Source: an uncultured Acidobacteriota bacterium
GTDB lineage: Bacteria > Actinomycetota > Acidimicrobiia > Spongiisociales > ZC4RG35
DNA length: 64,000 nucleotides
NCBI GenBank assembly: GCA_963828465.1
Contig: CAWHEU010000020.1
Coordinates: forward strand, 160,001 to 224,000
Direction of reading: 5' to 3'
The notes under the pieces are model-generated. The model did no database searches and was not told the DNA's origin. It saw only the letters and a list, made by a program, of their open reading frames with translations. The translations under genes and the position numbers were made by a program. This document shows positions 29,060 to 38,314 of the stretch, piece after piece; position 1 is the first letter of the stretch, and the number at the start of each line of letters is the position of its first letter.

Positions 29060-29547
29060 CGATTGGACTCGCGAGCCTGGCCGGCCTCCAGAGCCCGTTC
29101 GATGGTCTCGAAGGCCTCAGTCGCCGGGCGCCATCCCATGGTCGCGGTCTTCTTGTCCTCGAGTTCCTTGTAGACGGTGAAGAAGTGCTCCAGCTCGCGC
29201 AACAGGTGGTCCGGGACGTCATGGAGGTCGGCCGCCTCGCGCCACAACGGGTCGCCGTCCGGCACCGCGAGGACCTTGTGGTCGGCGTGCCCCTGGTCCT
29301 CCATCAGGAACAAGCCGATCGGCCGAACCCTGATCCGACACCCGGGGAACGTCGGCTCCGAGACAAGGGCGAGGATGTCGAGTGGGTCGCCGTCGTCGGC
29401 ATACGTGTCGGGAATGAACCCGTAATCGGCCGGGTATCTCGTCGCTGTGAACAGCATCCGATCGAGGAAGATCTCCCCGCTTTCGTGATCGGTTTCGTAC
29501 TTGTTCCTGCTCCCCTTGGGGATCTCGACGATCATCGTGACCAGCAC
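29056..29547 (-). CDS. ppa: Inorganic pyrophosphatase (family I)
   Basis: EIPKGSRNKYE, YPADYGF, DGDPLD, HFFTVYKELE. Confidence 0.96.
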   Translation of the reverse strand: MLVTMIVEIPKGSRNKYETDHESGEIFLDRMLFTATRYPADYGFIPDTYADDGDPLDILALVSEPTFPGCRIRVRPIGLFLMEDQGHADHKVLAVPDGDPLWREAADLHDVPDHLLRELEHFFTVYKELEDKKTATMGWRPATEAFETIERALEAGQARESNR

Positions 29548-29669
29548 GGCAATCACCCTACAGATCGCTACCCTCGCCCGGTTGTGCCTCACATGGGTGG
29601 CGATGCCACGTCCCGGGTCGGTTCCCCGATGTCTTTCAACCATCCGCAACCCCCGGGATAGACCCCTCG

Positions 29670-31553
29670 ATGGCACCTCCTAAGAAGCGCGGCAAGCGCT
29701 ACCTCCTCATGATGTCGGTCGGCGCCCTGGGAATCGTCTATGGCGACATCGGGACCAGCCCTCTCTACGCCTTCCGGGAGTCATTCCACGCCGCCGAAGG
29801 CATGCCCGTCGACCGCCCAAGCGTCCTCGGTGTCCTCTCCCTCATGTTCTGGGCCCTGGTCCTCGTTGTATCGGTCAAGTACCTGATCTTCGTGATGCGA
29901 GCGGACAACCATGGGGAAGGAGGGATCCTGGCGCTCACGGCCCTCATCGTCCCTCGTCGCAAGACCCCGACGGTGGGGTTGCGGTGGGCCTTGATACTCC
30001 TCGGTCTCTTCGGAACCGCCCTTCTCTATGGGGACGGGATCATCACGCCGGCAATCTCGGTGCTCTCCGCGGTCGAAGGCCTCGAGATCGTCGAGCCCGA
30101 TTTGGAGTCGTATGTCGTCCCGATCGCCGTGGTCATTCTCATTGCGCTATTCAGCATCCAGCGCGCCGGGACCGCGGTCGTCGGAGCCATCTTCGGCCCG
30201 GTCATGATCGTCTGGTTCACGGTGCTCGCCGTTCTCGGCGGCTTCCACGTGATCCAGGACCCGGCGGTGCTTGCTGCGATCAACCCGGCTCACGGCGCGC
30301 ATCTCGTCGCCACCACTCCGCGTCTCGCGTTTCTTGCCCTGGGATCGATCTTCCTGGTCGTTACCGGAGCGGAGGCCCTGTACGCCGACATGGGGCACTT
30401 CGGCAAGCGCCCGATCCGTTTCGGCTGGTACATCGTCGTGTTCCCCGCTCTGCTCCTCAACTACTTCGGCCAGGGGGCAATGCTCATCGCCGACCCCGGA
30501 GCCATCGACAACCCGTTCTTCCGCATGCCGCCGGAGTGGGCAGTGCTGCCATTGGTGATCCTGGCGACGATGGCCACCGTGATCGCCTCCCAGGCGCTCA
30601 TCTCGGGGGCCTACTCGCTCACCATGCAGGCCGTCCAGCTCGGCTACCTGCCCCGTTTCGACATCGATCACACCTCGCCCAGGGAGGTCGGTCAGATCTA
30701 CATCGCCACCGTCAACTGGGGCTTGATGGTCGCCTGCGTCGGGCTGGTCCTCGCCTTTCGCAGCTCGAGCAACCTCGCCGCGGCGTACGGCGTTGCCGTC
30801 ACCACGACGATGGTCATCACGACCATCCTCCTCTACTTCGTGATGCGGGAACGTTGGCAATGGTCCGCGGCGGTTGCCGGTTCGCTTACTGCCCTCTTCC
30901 TCATCGTCGACCTTGCCTTCTTCTCGGCCAACGTCGTGAAGATTCCCGCCGGGGGTTGGTTCCCACTCGTCGTCGGTGCCGCGATCTTCACCGTGATGAC
31001 CACGTGGAAGACCGGACGACGCAGGCTCACTGCCGCCCTGAAGAGGGGTGAGCTGCCGATCGAACGCTTCATCGGCTCCATCACTCTCCATCCCCAACTC
31101 CGCGTCCCCGGCACAGCCGTCCACCTGTTCCCCGACCCGGGCATCACGCCTCCGGCGCTTCTAGCCAACCTGCGGCACAACGAGGTGCTCCACGAGACTG
31201 TTGTTCTGGTGGCGGTGCAGACATCGTCGGTCCCCCGCGTCCCTCAGGTGCGCAGGTCGACGGTCCACGACCTCGGCGAGGGATTCGTCCAGGTCGTGCT
31301 CCATTTCGGGTTCATGGACGAGCCCGACGTCCCCAAGGCGCTGGCCAACATCGTCGACCCGGAGTTCGGGTTCGACCCGGATGACTCCACCTTCTTCATA
31401 GGGCGGGAGACGATCATCAACAGTGGCAAGGGCATCGGCCGGGCGAGGGCGGCCCTCTACGCCCTGATGCATCGCAACGCCTCGAGCCCGGTCCAGTTCT
31501 TCAGCCTTCCCCCCGGTCAGGTGATCGAGATCGGGAAGCAAGTGGCGTTGTGA
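29670..31553 (+). CDS. kup: Potassium uptake protein Kup
   Basis: GIVYGDIGTSPLY, GEGG, EALYADMGHFG, LAAAYG. Confidence 0.96.
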   Translation: MAPPKKRGKRYLLMMSVGALGIVYGDIGTSPLYAFRESFHAAEGMPVDRPSVLGVLSLMFWALVLVVSVKYLIFVMRADNHGEGGILALTALIVPRRKTPTVGLRWALILLGLFGTALLYGDGIITPAISVLSAVEGLEIVEPDLESYVVPIAVVILIALFSIQRAGTAVVGAIFGPVMIVWFTVLAVLGGFHVIQDPAVLAAINPAHGAHLVATTPRLAFLALGSIFLVVTGAEALYADMGHFGKRPIRFGWYIVVFPALLLNYFGQGAMLIADPGAIDNPFFRMPPEWAVLPLVILATMATVIASQALISGAYSLTMQAVQLGYLPRFDIDHTSPREVGQIYIATVNWGLMVACVGLVLAFRSSSNLAAAYGVAVTTTMVITTILLYFVMRERWQWSAAVAGSLTALFLIVDLAFFSANVVKIPAGGWFPLVVGAAIFTVMTTWKTGRRRLTAALKRGELPIERFIGSITLHPQLRVPGTAVHLFPDPGITPPALLANLRHNEVLHETVVLVAVQTSSVPRVPQVRRSTVHDLGEGFVQVVLHFGFMDEPDVPKALANIVDPEFGFDPDDSTFFIGRETIINSGKGIGRARAALYALMHRNASSPVQFFSLPPGQVIEIGKQVAL

Positions 31554-31614
31554 GCCGGCACCCGTACGCTGGTTCTGTCCGGGATTCGGACTCCCGAGTT
31601 TGAGGGGGCGCCCC

Positions 31615-32250
31615 ATGAGGGTTTTCAGAGCATCGATTCTCATCCTGGCTGTGGCACTGGTGGCGTGTGGGGGTGACGGTGGGACAGACACGACCCTGGC
31701 CCAGACCACCACCACCGTCGTCGAGGACAATGCCGGGACGGTCGACTTCGCCGACATGCCCCAGGAATGCATCGACGCCTTGGTCGGATATCTCCGGGCC
31801 ATCGAGCCGGCCGTGGAGGATGTCGACTTCGAGACGACCACAGGCGAGGACCTCGAAGCCATGGGAACCGAACTGGAAGGTCTGTCCGAGGAGTACACGA
31901 CGGCGATCCAAGATCTCGACTGCCCTGATCCTTCCGGCAGCGACGAGGAAGCCTTCGCCGCGATCATCGAGTTGGCCGAGCAGGAGGCACCGGGCACGGT
32001 GGGCTACCTGCAGTGGGTGCAGGGCCTCGCCGCCGGATTCGGCGATGCCGAGGTCTCAGGCGACTGTGAGACGGATATCTCGGCGCTCAGGGCGATCATC
32101 GAGGAGAGCAGTTCGATGTCCGACCTCACGATGACCGAAGTGGTCCAAGTGGGCAGCCTGGTGGCTTCCGTCTCCACCGCATGCACCCCGGAGAGGGCAG
32201 AGGAGTTCTTTGCCGAGCCAGACGTGGCGGCCTTCCTGGAAAGCCAGTAG
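31615..32250 (+). CDS. Acidic Cys-containing lipoprotein
   Basis: Lipobox LVAC, Thr linker, four further Cys. Confidence 0.8.
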   Translation: MRVFRASILILAVALVACGGDGGTDTTLAQTTTTVVEDNAGTVDFADMPQECIDALVGYLRAIEPAVEDVDFETTTGEDLEAMGTELEGLSEEYTTAIQDLDCPDPSGSDEEAFAAIIELAEQEAPGTVGYLQWVQGLAAGFGDAEVSGDCETDISALRAIIEESSSMSDLTMTEVVQVGSLVASVSTACTPERAEEFFAEPDVAAFLESQ

Positions 32251-32254
32251 GACG

Positions 32255-32278
32255 AGCGGCAACCCTGAGGTTGCCGCT
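32255..32278. terminator. Hairpin, probably a bidirectional terminator
   Basis: AGCGGCAACC-ctga-GGTTGCCGCT. Confidence 0.7.
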
Positions 32279-32280
32279 TG

Positions 32281-32408
32281 GAGGGGTTCCCGCATTGCCC
32301 TGTGAAGCCGGGGAAGCTTCTAGAGGGGGGACTCAATTAGGGCTTTGAGGGACCTGAATCCAATTCTGTACACCCCGAGCCCCCTTGGACGGGCAGAACC
32401 GGACTCAT
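32281..32408 (-). ncRNA. Candidate 6S-like RNA
   Basis: TATAGT -10 (plus 32414-32419); rod fold GGUUC/GAACC, UGCCC/GGGCA, CGGGG/CCCCG; central bubble; apical GGAUUCAG/UUGAGUCC; terminator follows. Confidence 0.5.
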
Positions 32409-32444
32409 TTCGAACTATACGCAGTCGCGCTAGTTCGCGAAGAA

Positions 32445-33011
32445 TCAGGTCTCGAAGTCCTTGTGGGACCTGCTGGCGGTGGGCCCGGTCTGACCCTGAT
32501 ACTTGGAGCCGAGCTCGGGCGAGCCGTAGGGGAGGTCGGCCTCGGTCGTCATCTGATAAAAGCTGACCTGGCCGATCTTCATCCCCGGATAGATGGCGAT
32601 GGGGAGGGTGGCGACGTTGGACAGCTCCAGGGTGATGTGGCCCTCGAAGCCTGGGTCGATGAAGCCGGCGGTGGAATGGATGAGGAGGCCGAGACGGCCC
32701 AGGGACGACTTTCCCTCGAGACGGGCGACCACGTCGTTGCCCAGCTTGACTCTCTCCAGGGTGGATCCCAGGACGAATTCCCCGGGATGGAGCATGAATG
32801 GCTCCTCGTCACCCACCTCGACCAGCCTGGTCAGGTCGGACTGGGGGTCGCGTGGGTCGATGAGGCTGTACCGGTGGTTGACGAACACCCGGAACCCGTC
32901 ACCCACCCGCAGGTCGACCGAGGACGGCTGGACATACGACGGCTCGTAGGGGTCGATCTGGATCAGACCCGATTCGATGGCCTCACGTATTGAGCGGTCG
33001 GAGAAGATCAC
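32445..33011 (-). CDS. dcd: dCTP deaminase
   Basis: [32 protein letters not shown]. Confidence 0.97.
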   Translation of the reverse strand: MIFSDRSIREAIESGLIQIDPYEPSYVQPSSVDLRVGDGFRVFVNHRYSLIDPRDPQSDLTRLVEVGDEEPFMLHPGEFVLGSTLERVKLGNDVVARLEGKSSLGRLGLLIHSTAGFIDPGFEGHITLELSNVATLPIAIYPGMKIGQVSFYQMTTEADLPYGSPELGSKYQGQTGPTASRSHKDFET

Positions 33012-33023
33012 GGGAAGATGGTA

Positions 33024-33100
33024 GAGCGGGTGAAGGGAATCGAACCCCGCTCCGAGCCATGGGCACTCGCTCGTTGTGAAGCGGGTGAAGGGAATCGAAC
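33024..33100 (-). repeat. Two partial copies of the tRNA-Gly 3' end
   Basis: AGCGGGTGAAGGGAATCGAAC at 33080-33100; GAGCGGGTGAAGGGAATCGAACC(C)CGCTCCGAGC at 33024-33057. Confidence 0.9.
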
Positions 33101-33174
33101 TGGAGCGGGTGAAGGGAATCGAACCCTCGCTCCGAGCTTGGGAAGCTCGTGTTCTACCATTGAACTACACCCGC
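33101..33174 (-). tRNA. tRNA-Gly(CCC)
   Basis: GCGGGTGTAGTTCAATGGTAGAACACGAGCTTCCCAAGCTCGGAGCGAGGGTTCGATTCCCTTCACCCGCTCCA; folds as a cloverleaf; encoded CCA. Confidence 0.97.
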
Positions 33175-33223
33175 GATCGCCCCGAGATTACCGGATTCAG
33201 GTGCATGCCAGAAGGCCGCCTCA

Positions 33224-33928
33224 TCAGATCCCGAGCACCGACTTCCTCAATTCCGGGTTGTTGGCCATCCCGGCGGCATCGCCTTCCATCACGACGCGGC
33301 CCTCGGCGAGCAGGTAGGCGCGTGAGGACACGTCGAGTGCCCGTTGCACATTCTGCTCCACCAGCAACACGCCAACACCCTCTCCACGCACAGCCTCGAT
33401 GACGTCGAACACCTCGTCGACGACGACGGGCGCCAGTCCGAGAGAAGGCTCGTCCATGAGAAGCAGGCGTGGTCGGGCCATGAGCGCCCGGCCGATCGCC
33501 AGCATCTGCTGCTCGCCGCCACTGAGACTCCCGGCGAGCTGGTCTTTCCTCTCGGCGAGACGAGGGAAAAGGGTGTGGACCCACTGCAATGACTCGCCGT
33601 GATGCTCTCTGGCGACACGGTTGAAGGCACCGAGGTCGAGATTGCCCTCCACGCTCATCGCCGAGAACAACCGTCTGCCCTCGGGGACGATGGCGACTCC
33701 GGCTCGGCACACCCGATGCCCCGGAATGCCGGTCATGTCTTGGTCGTCCAGCACGATCCGCCCCTGGCGTGGCCGGAGGATGCCCATGATGGAGTTGACC
33801 AATGTCGATTTCCCGGCCCCATTCGGCCCGACGATGGAGACCACCTCACCGCTGCCGACGGTCATCGATACCCCCCAGAGGGCCTGGGCGTCGCCGTAGA
33901 AGACGTCGAGGTCAATCACCTGGAGCAT
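33224..33928 (-). CDS. Branched-chain-type ABC ATPase (LivF-like)
   Basis: GPNGAGKST, VPEGRRLF, LSGGEQQM, DEPSLGLAP, VEQN. Confidence 0.93.
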   Translation of the reverse strand: MLQVIDLDVFYGDAQALWGVSMTVGSGEVVSIVGPNGAGKSTLVNSIMGILRPRQGRIVLDDQDMTGIPGHRVCRAGVAIVPEGRRLFSAMSVEGNLDLGAFNRVAREHHGESLQWVHTLFPRLAERKDQLAGSLSGGEQQMLAIGRALMARPRLLLMDEPSLGLAPVVVDEVFDVIEAVRGEGVGVLLVEQNVQRALDVSSRAYLLAEGRVVMEGDAAGMANNPELRKSVLGI

Positions 33929-35822
33929 CGGCCTGCCTTCCCAGATACGCCTTGACCACGGCCGGGTCCCTCATGACCACCGCCGGCTCTCCTTCTGCCA
34001 GCTCGAGGCCATGATCGAGGACCACGATCCTCGTGGCCAGCTGGTTCACCACCCTGAGCAGGTGCTCCACGAGCACGATGCTCACCCCCGACTGGCGGAT
34101 CCGGCGGACGACGTCGACCGCGTTGTCGATCTCCACCGGATTGAGGCCGGCCAGGGCCTCGTCGAGGAGCAGGAGCGACGGCCGCGTGGCGATTGCTCGT
34201 GCCATCTCGAGCAGCTGGCGTTGGTGGAGGTTGATCTCTCCTGGCAGGGCGTCGGCGCGGCCACCAATGCCAACCAGGTCCAGGTACTCGACCGCAGCGC
34301 GTCTCGAGGCATCGAGGCCGAGGGGCTCGCGGCCGAACATGATCGCCATTGCCACGTTGTCCAGGACGGTGAGGGATGTGAAGGGTCTTGGGATCTGATA
34401 GGTGCGAGCGATGCCGAGATGGGCGATCCGATGCGGTCTCGATCCGACGATCCCTTCCCCGTCGAGCGAAATGGTCCCTGTGGTCGGTTGGAAGGCACCC
34501 GATATCAGGTTGACCAGCGTGGTCTTGCCCGAGCCGTTGGGCCCGACAAGACCAACCAGCTCACCCTCGTGGACGGTCAACGAGACGCCGCGCAGCGCCC
34601 GGACCCCGCCGAAGGTCTTCACCACATCCTGAGCCGCCAGCAGTGGTCGGCCTGTTACCGCCCTCTCGGCTGTCGCCTCGTCGCCGACCGGCGCATGATG
34701 CTCTTCGGGCGGTCCGGTGTCGCTTTCGCTCTGTGACGGGCGCGTTCGCCCGCCAGGTATGAAGGCAATGACCGCCGTCACTCCGAGCGCCAGAGCCAGC
34801 GACGTGACCGGGTCGGTCGTGACTCCCAGAAGCCACAGCCCGAGGAAGATCACCACGAACACACTCGCTGAGAGCCATGGTCGCCGGCGAAATCCGGCCA
34901 TGAGGCCCTGAGGGGCGAGCAACATGACAAGAACCAGGATCACACCGAGAACGATCAGGCTCCAGCCCTCGAAGCCTCCGGATGCGAGGCGGTTCTGGAG
35001 GGTGTAAACGTAGATGGCGCCCACCATCGGGCCGGCCCAATGGCCTCGACCTCCGAGCACGCTCATCACGATGACGAAGAGGGGGACGTCGAGGTTGAAC
35101 GTTCCCTCGACGCTGACGAATCCCAGCTGCAGGGCGGCGACCGCGCCGGAAATCCCTGCGATCAGCCCGGTGACCCCGATCGCGATCATCTTGTGGAGGA
35201 AGGTGGGCACACCGAGGCCCTCGGCGACGTCCTCGTCGTCCCGGATCGTGAACAGAGCCCAGCCGTAGCGCGTGTGCTGCATCACGTAGGCGACGGCCAG
35301 GGCGAACAGGGCGACGACTCCGCTCACTACGAAGACGAACTCCTGGAACTGGCTCAAGAAAGACGGCGCCTCAGGCACCGGGATGACGATTCCCTGCCCG
35401 CCGTCGATGGTTTTCGAGAGCCGTGCCACCGAGGCGAGGATGAAGGGGATCGCCAGCGTGAGCAGGGCGAAGATCTCGCCCCGCAGCGATCTGAGCCGGA
35501 AGGCGATTGTGCCGATGGCCAGACCGAGCAGCATGGAGGCGACCCCCGCAACCACGGCGGCCACCCACCAGCTCATCCCTTGACGGCCGAAGAGGACCGC
35601 CATCGTGTAGACCCCAACGCCGAAGAAGGCGCCCTGGCCGAAGCTGAAGTATCCGCTGTAGCCGGAGAGGATGTTCCAGCTGGTGGACTGAGCGGTCCAG
35701 AACAGAATCCCCGAGAGGAAGATCAGGTAGAACATGGGGAATTCTGTGGCGTGACGTATCGCGGGCAGGGCTACCAGAGCCACCGCGATCCCGACCAGAG
35801 CCATCCATCCCTTGTGGCGCAC
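33912..35822 (-). CDS. Fused LivM-like permease / LivG-like ATPase
   Basis: GYSGYFSFGQ, IRDDE, VLGGRG; GPNGSGKTT, GIARTYQ, VEH. Confidence 0.92.
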   Translation of the reverse strand: MRHKGWMALVGIAVALVALPAIRHATEFPMFYLIFLSGILFWTAQSTSWNILSGYSGYFSFGQGAFFGVGVYTMAVLFGRQGMSWWVAAVVAGVASMLLGLAIGTIAFRLRSLRGEIFALLTLAIPFILASVARLSKTIDGGQGIVIPVPEAPSFLSQFQEFVFVVSGVVALFALAVAYVMQHTRYGWALFTIRDDEDVAEGLGVPTFLHKMIAIGVTGLIAGISGAVAALQLGFVSVEGTFNLDVPLFVIVMSVLGGRGHWAGPMVGAIYVYTLQNRLASGGFEGWSLIVLGVILVLVMLLAPQGLMAGFRRRPWLSASVFVVIFLGLWLLGVTTDPVTSLALALGVTAVIAFIPGGRTRPSQSESDTGPPEEHHAPVGDEATAERAVTGRPLLAAQDVVKTFGGVRALRGVSLTVHEGELVGLVGPNGSGKTTLVNLISGAFQPTTGTISLDGEGIVGSRPHRIAHLGIARTYQIPRPFTSLTVLDNVAMAIMFGREPLGLDASRRAAVEYLDLVGIGGRADALPGEINLHQRQLLEMARAIATRPSLLLLDEALAGLNPVEIDNAVDVVRRIRQSGVSIVLVEHLLRVVNQLATRIVVLDHGLELAEGEPAVVMRDPAVVKAYLGRQADAPGD

Positions 35823-36689
35823 TCAGCCCCCCTTCTGCGGGAAGAGGCCCTTGGGGCGGAACACCAGGGCGAGGACCACCAGGGAGAAGACGACAAACGG
35901 CGATGTGGACGGGGTCCACACCACCGCCACCAGCCCCGATATCGCGCCGACGAGGAGCCCGGCGTACAGCGTGCCCGTGACATTGCCGATGCCACCGAGG
36001 ATGACGATGGCAAAGACCAGGCCGATCCACTCGAAGGGCAGGTCCGGGGTGAGCGTGCCGCCGATCGGGAACAACATCCCGGCGATCGCGGCGCTGGCAC
36101 CCACTGCGCCGGCGAGCAGCACCCCCAGGAGGCGATGGTCGATGCCGAAGGCCGAGGCGATCTCCCTGTCCTGACCGAAGGCCTGCAGAGCCCTCCCGGC
36201 GTACGTTCGCCCGAGCACCAGTTCCGCCGCTGCGACCAGGACGACAGCGAACCCGGCGGCCAGGAGCGTGGGAACCGGGAACCTGAGTGAGCCGACCCCC
36301 ACCGACTTGGCCGAAAAGGGGTTTAGCTCGGCCGGTAGCCGCAGGAAGTCTGCTGTCCAGATGTTGGTCACGACCTGCACCGTGATGATCAGCAGCCCAT
36401 AGCTGATGAGGAGGGAGTTGAGCTCGGAGACATCGAACCGCTCGTAACCGAGTTGGATCATCGCTCCGACCAGGAACATGAGGGGGGCGGTGATCACGAT
36501 CGTGGCAATCGGGCCCAAGCCGATAGATGTCGCCAGTTCGAAGGTGAGATAACCCGAGAGGAGGATCATCGCGAAATGGGCCAGATTGATGACCTTGAGG
36601 AATCCCCAGGCGAGGGAAAGCCCCAGGGCCATCAGGGCGAACAGGCTGCCATTGAGAGCGCCTGAGACGGCCGCCTGCAGCTCGATCAC
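35823..36689 (-). CDS. LivH-like permease
   Basis: ALGLSL..INLAH, VILGGIG, RPKGLF. Confidence 0.92.
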   Translation of the reverse strand: MIELQAAVSGALNGSLFALMALGLSLAWGFLKVINLAHFAMILLSGYLTFELATSIGLGPIATIVITAPLMFLVGAMIQLGYERFDVSELNSLLISYGLLIITVQVVTNIWTADFLRLPAELNPFSAKSVGVGSLRFPVPTLLAAGFAVVLVAAAELVLGRTYAGRALQAFGQDREIASAFGIDHRLLGVLLAGAVGASAAIAGMLFPIGGTLTPDLPFEWIGLVFAIVILGGIGNVTGTLYAGLLVGAISGLVAVVWTPSTSPFVVFSLVVLALVFRPKGLFPQKGG

Positions 36690-36777
36690 CAGGTAGTCAC
36701 CCGGGAACGTCGAACACCGACAGGAGCCCCGGATCTCCGTTCAGAGGAGACCCGGGGCGCCTGTGCATCCGCTCTGC

Positions 36778-38122
36778 TCAGCCCGCGGGTCCGGCCAGCG
36801 TGCCCGCCGCGATGTCCTCCGGCCAGACCATCACCCATTCGGAGCCCTGGATCTGCTTGAGGCCCTCGGTGGTCTCCCAGAAGTTGTTCACCGCCGTATC
36901 GAAGGTGACCGCTCCGCTGAAAGTCAGGTCGGCACCGGTCGAGTGCAGCGAGTCGCAAATCCCTTGTCCGTCGGTCGAGCCGGCCCCTTCGACACCCTGG
37001 ACCAGGATCTCCCATGCGTTCCAGGAGGCGGCGGCCTGGGTCTCGAAGACCGTGTAGGGGATCTGTGCGGCGGTGGCGCGCTCGGCGAACTCGTCGACGA
37101 TCTCGCCCACCTCGGGATCCATTTGCTCGAGGATCGGCGCGTTTGGCTCGAAAATCGAAACCGAGAGCGTCCCCTGAGCCGCGTCGCCCAATCCGAGCAG
37201 CGGGCCCGGCGCCGGGAAGAGAGCGAACATCATCGGCGGCGCGTAATCGAGCTGCTGCATCGCGTCGATCAGTGAGTTGGCCTCGACACCGAGCCCGTTA
37301 ATCAACACGAGATCAGCGTTGGCGTCACGGACCTGGGCCGCGGTCGAACCCCAGTCCTCGTATCCCGGCGGGTATGGGATGTCGGCCACGATCTCGTAGC
37401 CACGCTCAGGCAGGATGTTGAGCGTCGACGGGTCATCGGGGTCATCCGCGATGCCGTAGCTCACGAATGCGGTCGAACCCGACTCGTTGGTGAGGAGCGC
37501 CACCGTGCTGACGGCACCGTCGAGGCTGTCGAGTGCGTCGGCAATCTGATTCGGGATGAATGAGTTCGGCTCGGGTCCGATCGACCAGCCCGGGAACTGA
37601 CAGGCATAGGTCATCAACGGAGCCAGCACCGCGGTGTGCTGGGGGAGTGTGTACCCGTAGCGCTCGGCTACGGGCATGGCAGCGAGGATGTTCGGTGTCG
37701 GCGTAGGGCCCCATGATCAGGTCGACCTGGTCCTGGCTTATGAGCTGTTCGTAGAGGGGGGCGACGTTGGCGGTGTCTGACTCATCGTCGAGCAGGTTCC
37801 ACTGAACCTCCCGGCCCAGCAGGCCGCCCGCGGTATTGAGCCGTTCGACAAACATGTCACCGGCGAGCTTGTGGATCGCTCCGGTCGCGGCGAACGCTCC
37901 GGTGAGCGAAAGGGTCCCGCCGACGACGATCGGGTCACCAGATCCCTCTGCCGTGGTGCTCGGGGCGCCTGTGGTGGACGGTGCCGCCACCGTGGTGTCG
38001 GACGCTGCCGTCGTGCCCGGCGTTCCTCCGGCAGTGGTGGTGGCAGCGCTGTCGCCGGCGCAAGCCGTGGCCACGAGGGCCAGGACAGACACAATCGCCA
38101 GGATTCGTGCTCGTCTCCTCAC
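36778..38122 (-). CDS. Branched-chain-type ABC substrate-binding lipoprotein; frameshift at about 37700
   Basis: Lipobox ATAC, GGLLGREV, DDES, MGPYA in ORF 38122; the rest (PNILAAMPVAERYG...) continues in ORF 37677. Confidence 0.85.
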
Positions 38123-38272
38123 GTTCTCCTCCTCGTCAGTCGACGGTGCCGCCCCAGCTCATTCCCGGTGCGACCGGGGGGAGCCTGGTGCGACAACTGC
38201 GAGGTTCGACCATATACGAATACTGCACACCGTGCCCGCCACCCGGTCAGAACTTCAGTGTCACTGGACATC

Positions 38273-38301
38273 GCAAGCGCCACCCGAACAGTGACGCTTG
38301 C
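38273..38301 (-). terminator. Hairpin after the RND gene
   Basis: Minus strand GCAAGCGTCACT-gttcg-GGTGGCGCTTGC. Confidence 0.6.
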
Positions 38302-38314
38302 AAGTGTGTCGAAT

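Noticed and set aside
33018-33317. ORFs with repeated ERVKGIE peptides, and a CRISPR-like reading of the three repeats
   Set aside because: They are the antisense of tRNA-Gly and its 3' duplicates; spacers are irregular (0-22 bp) and no cas genes are present
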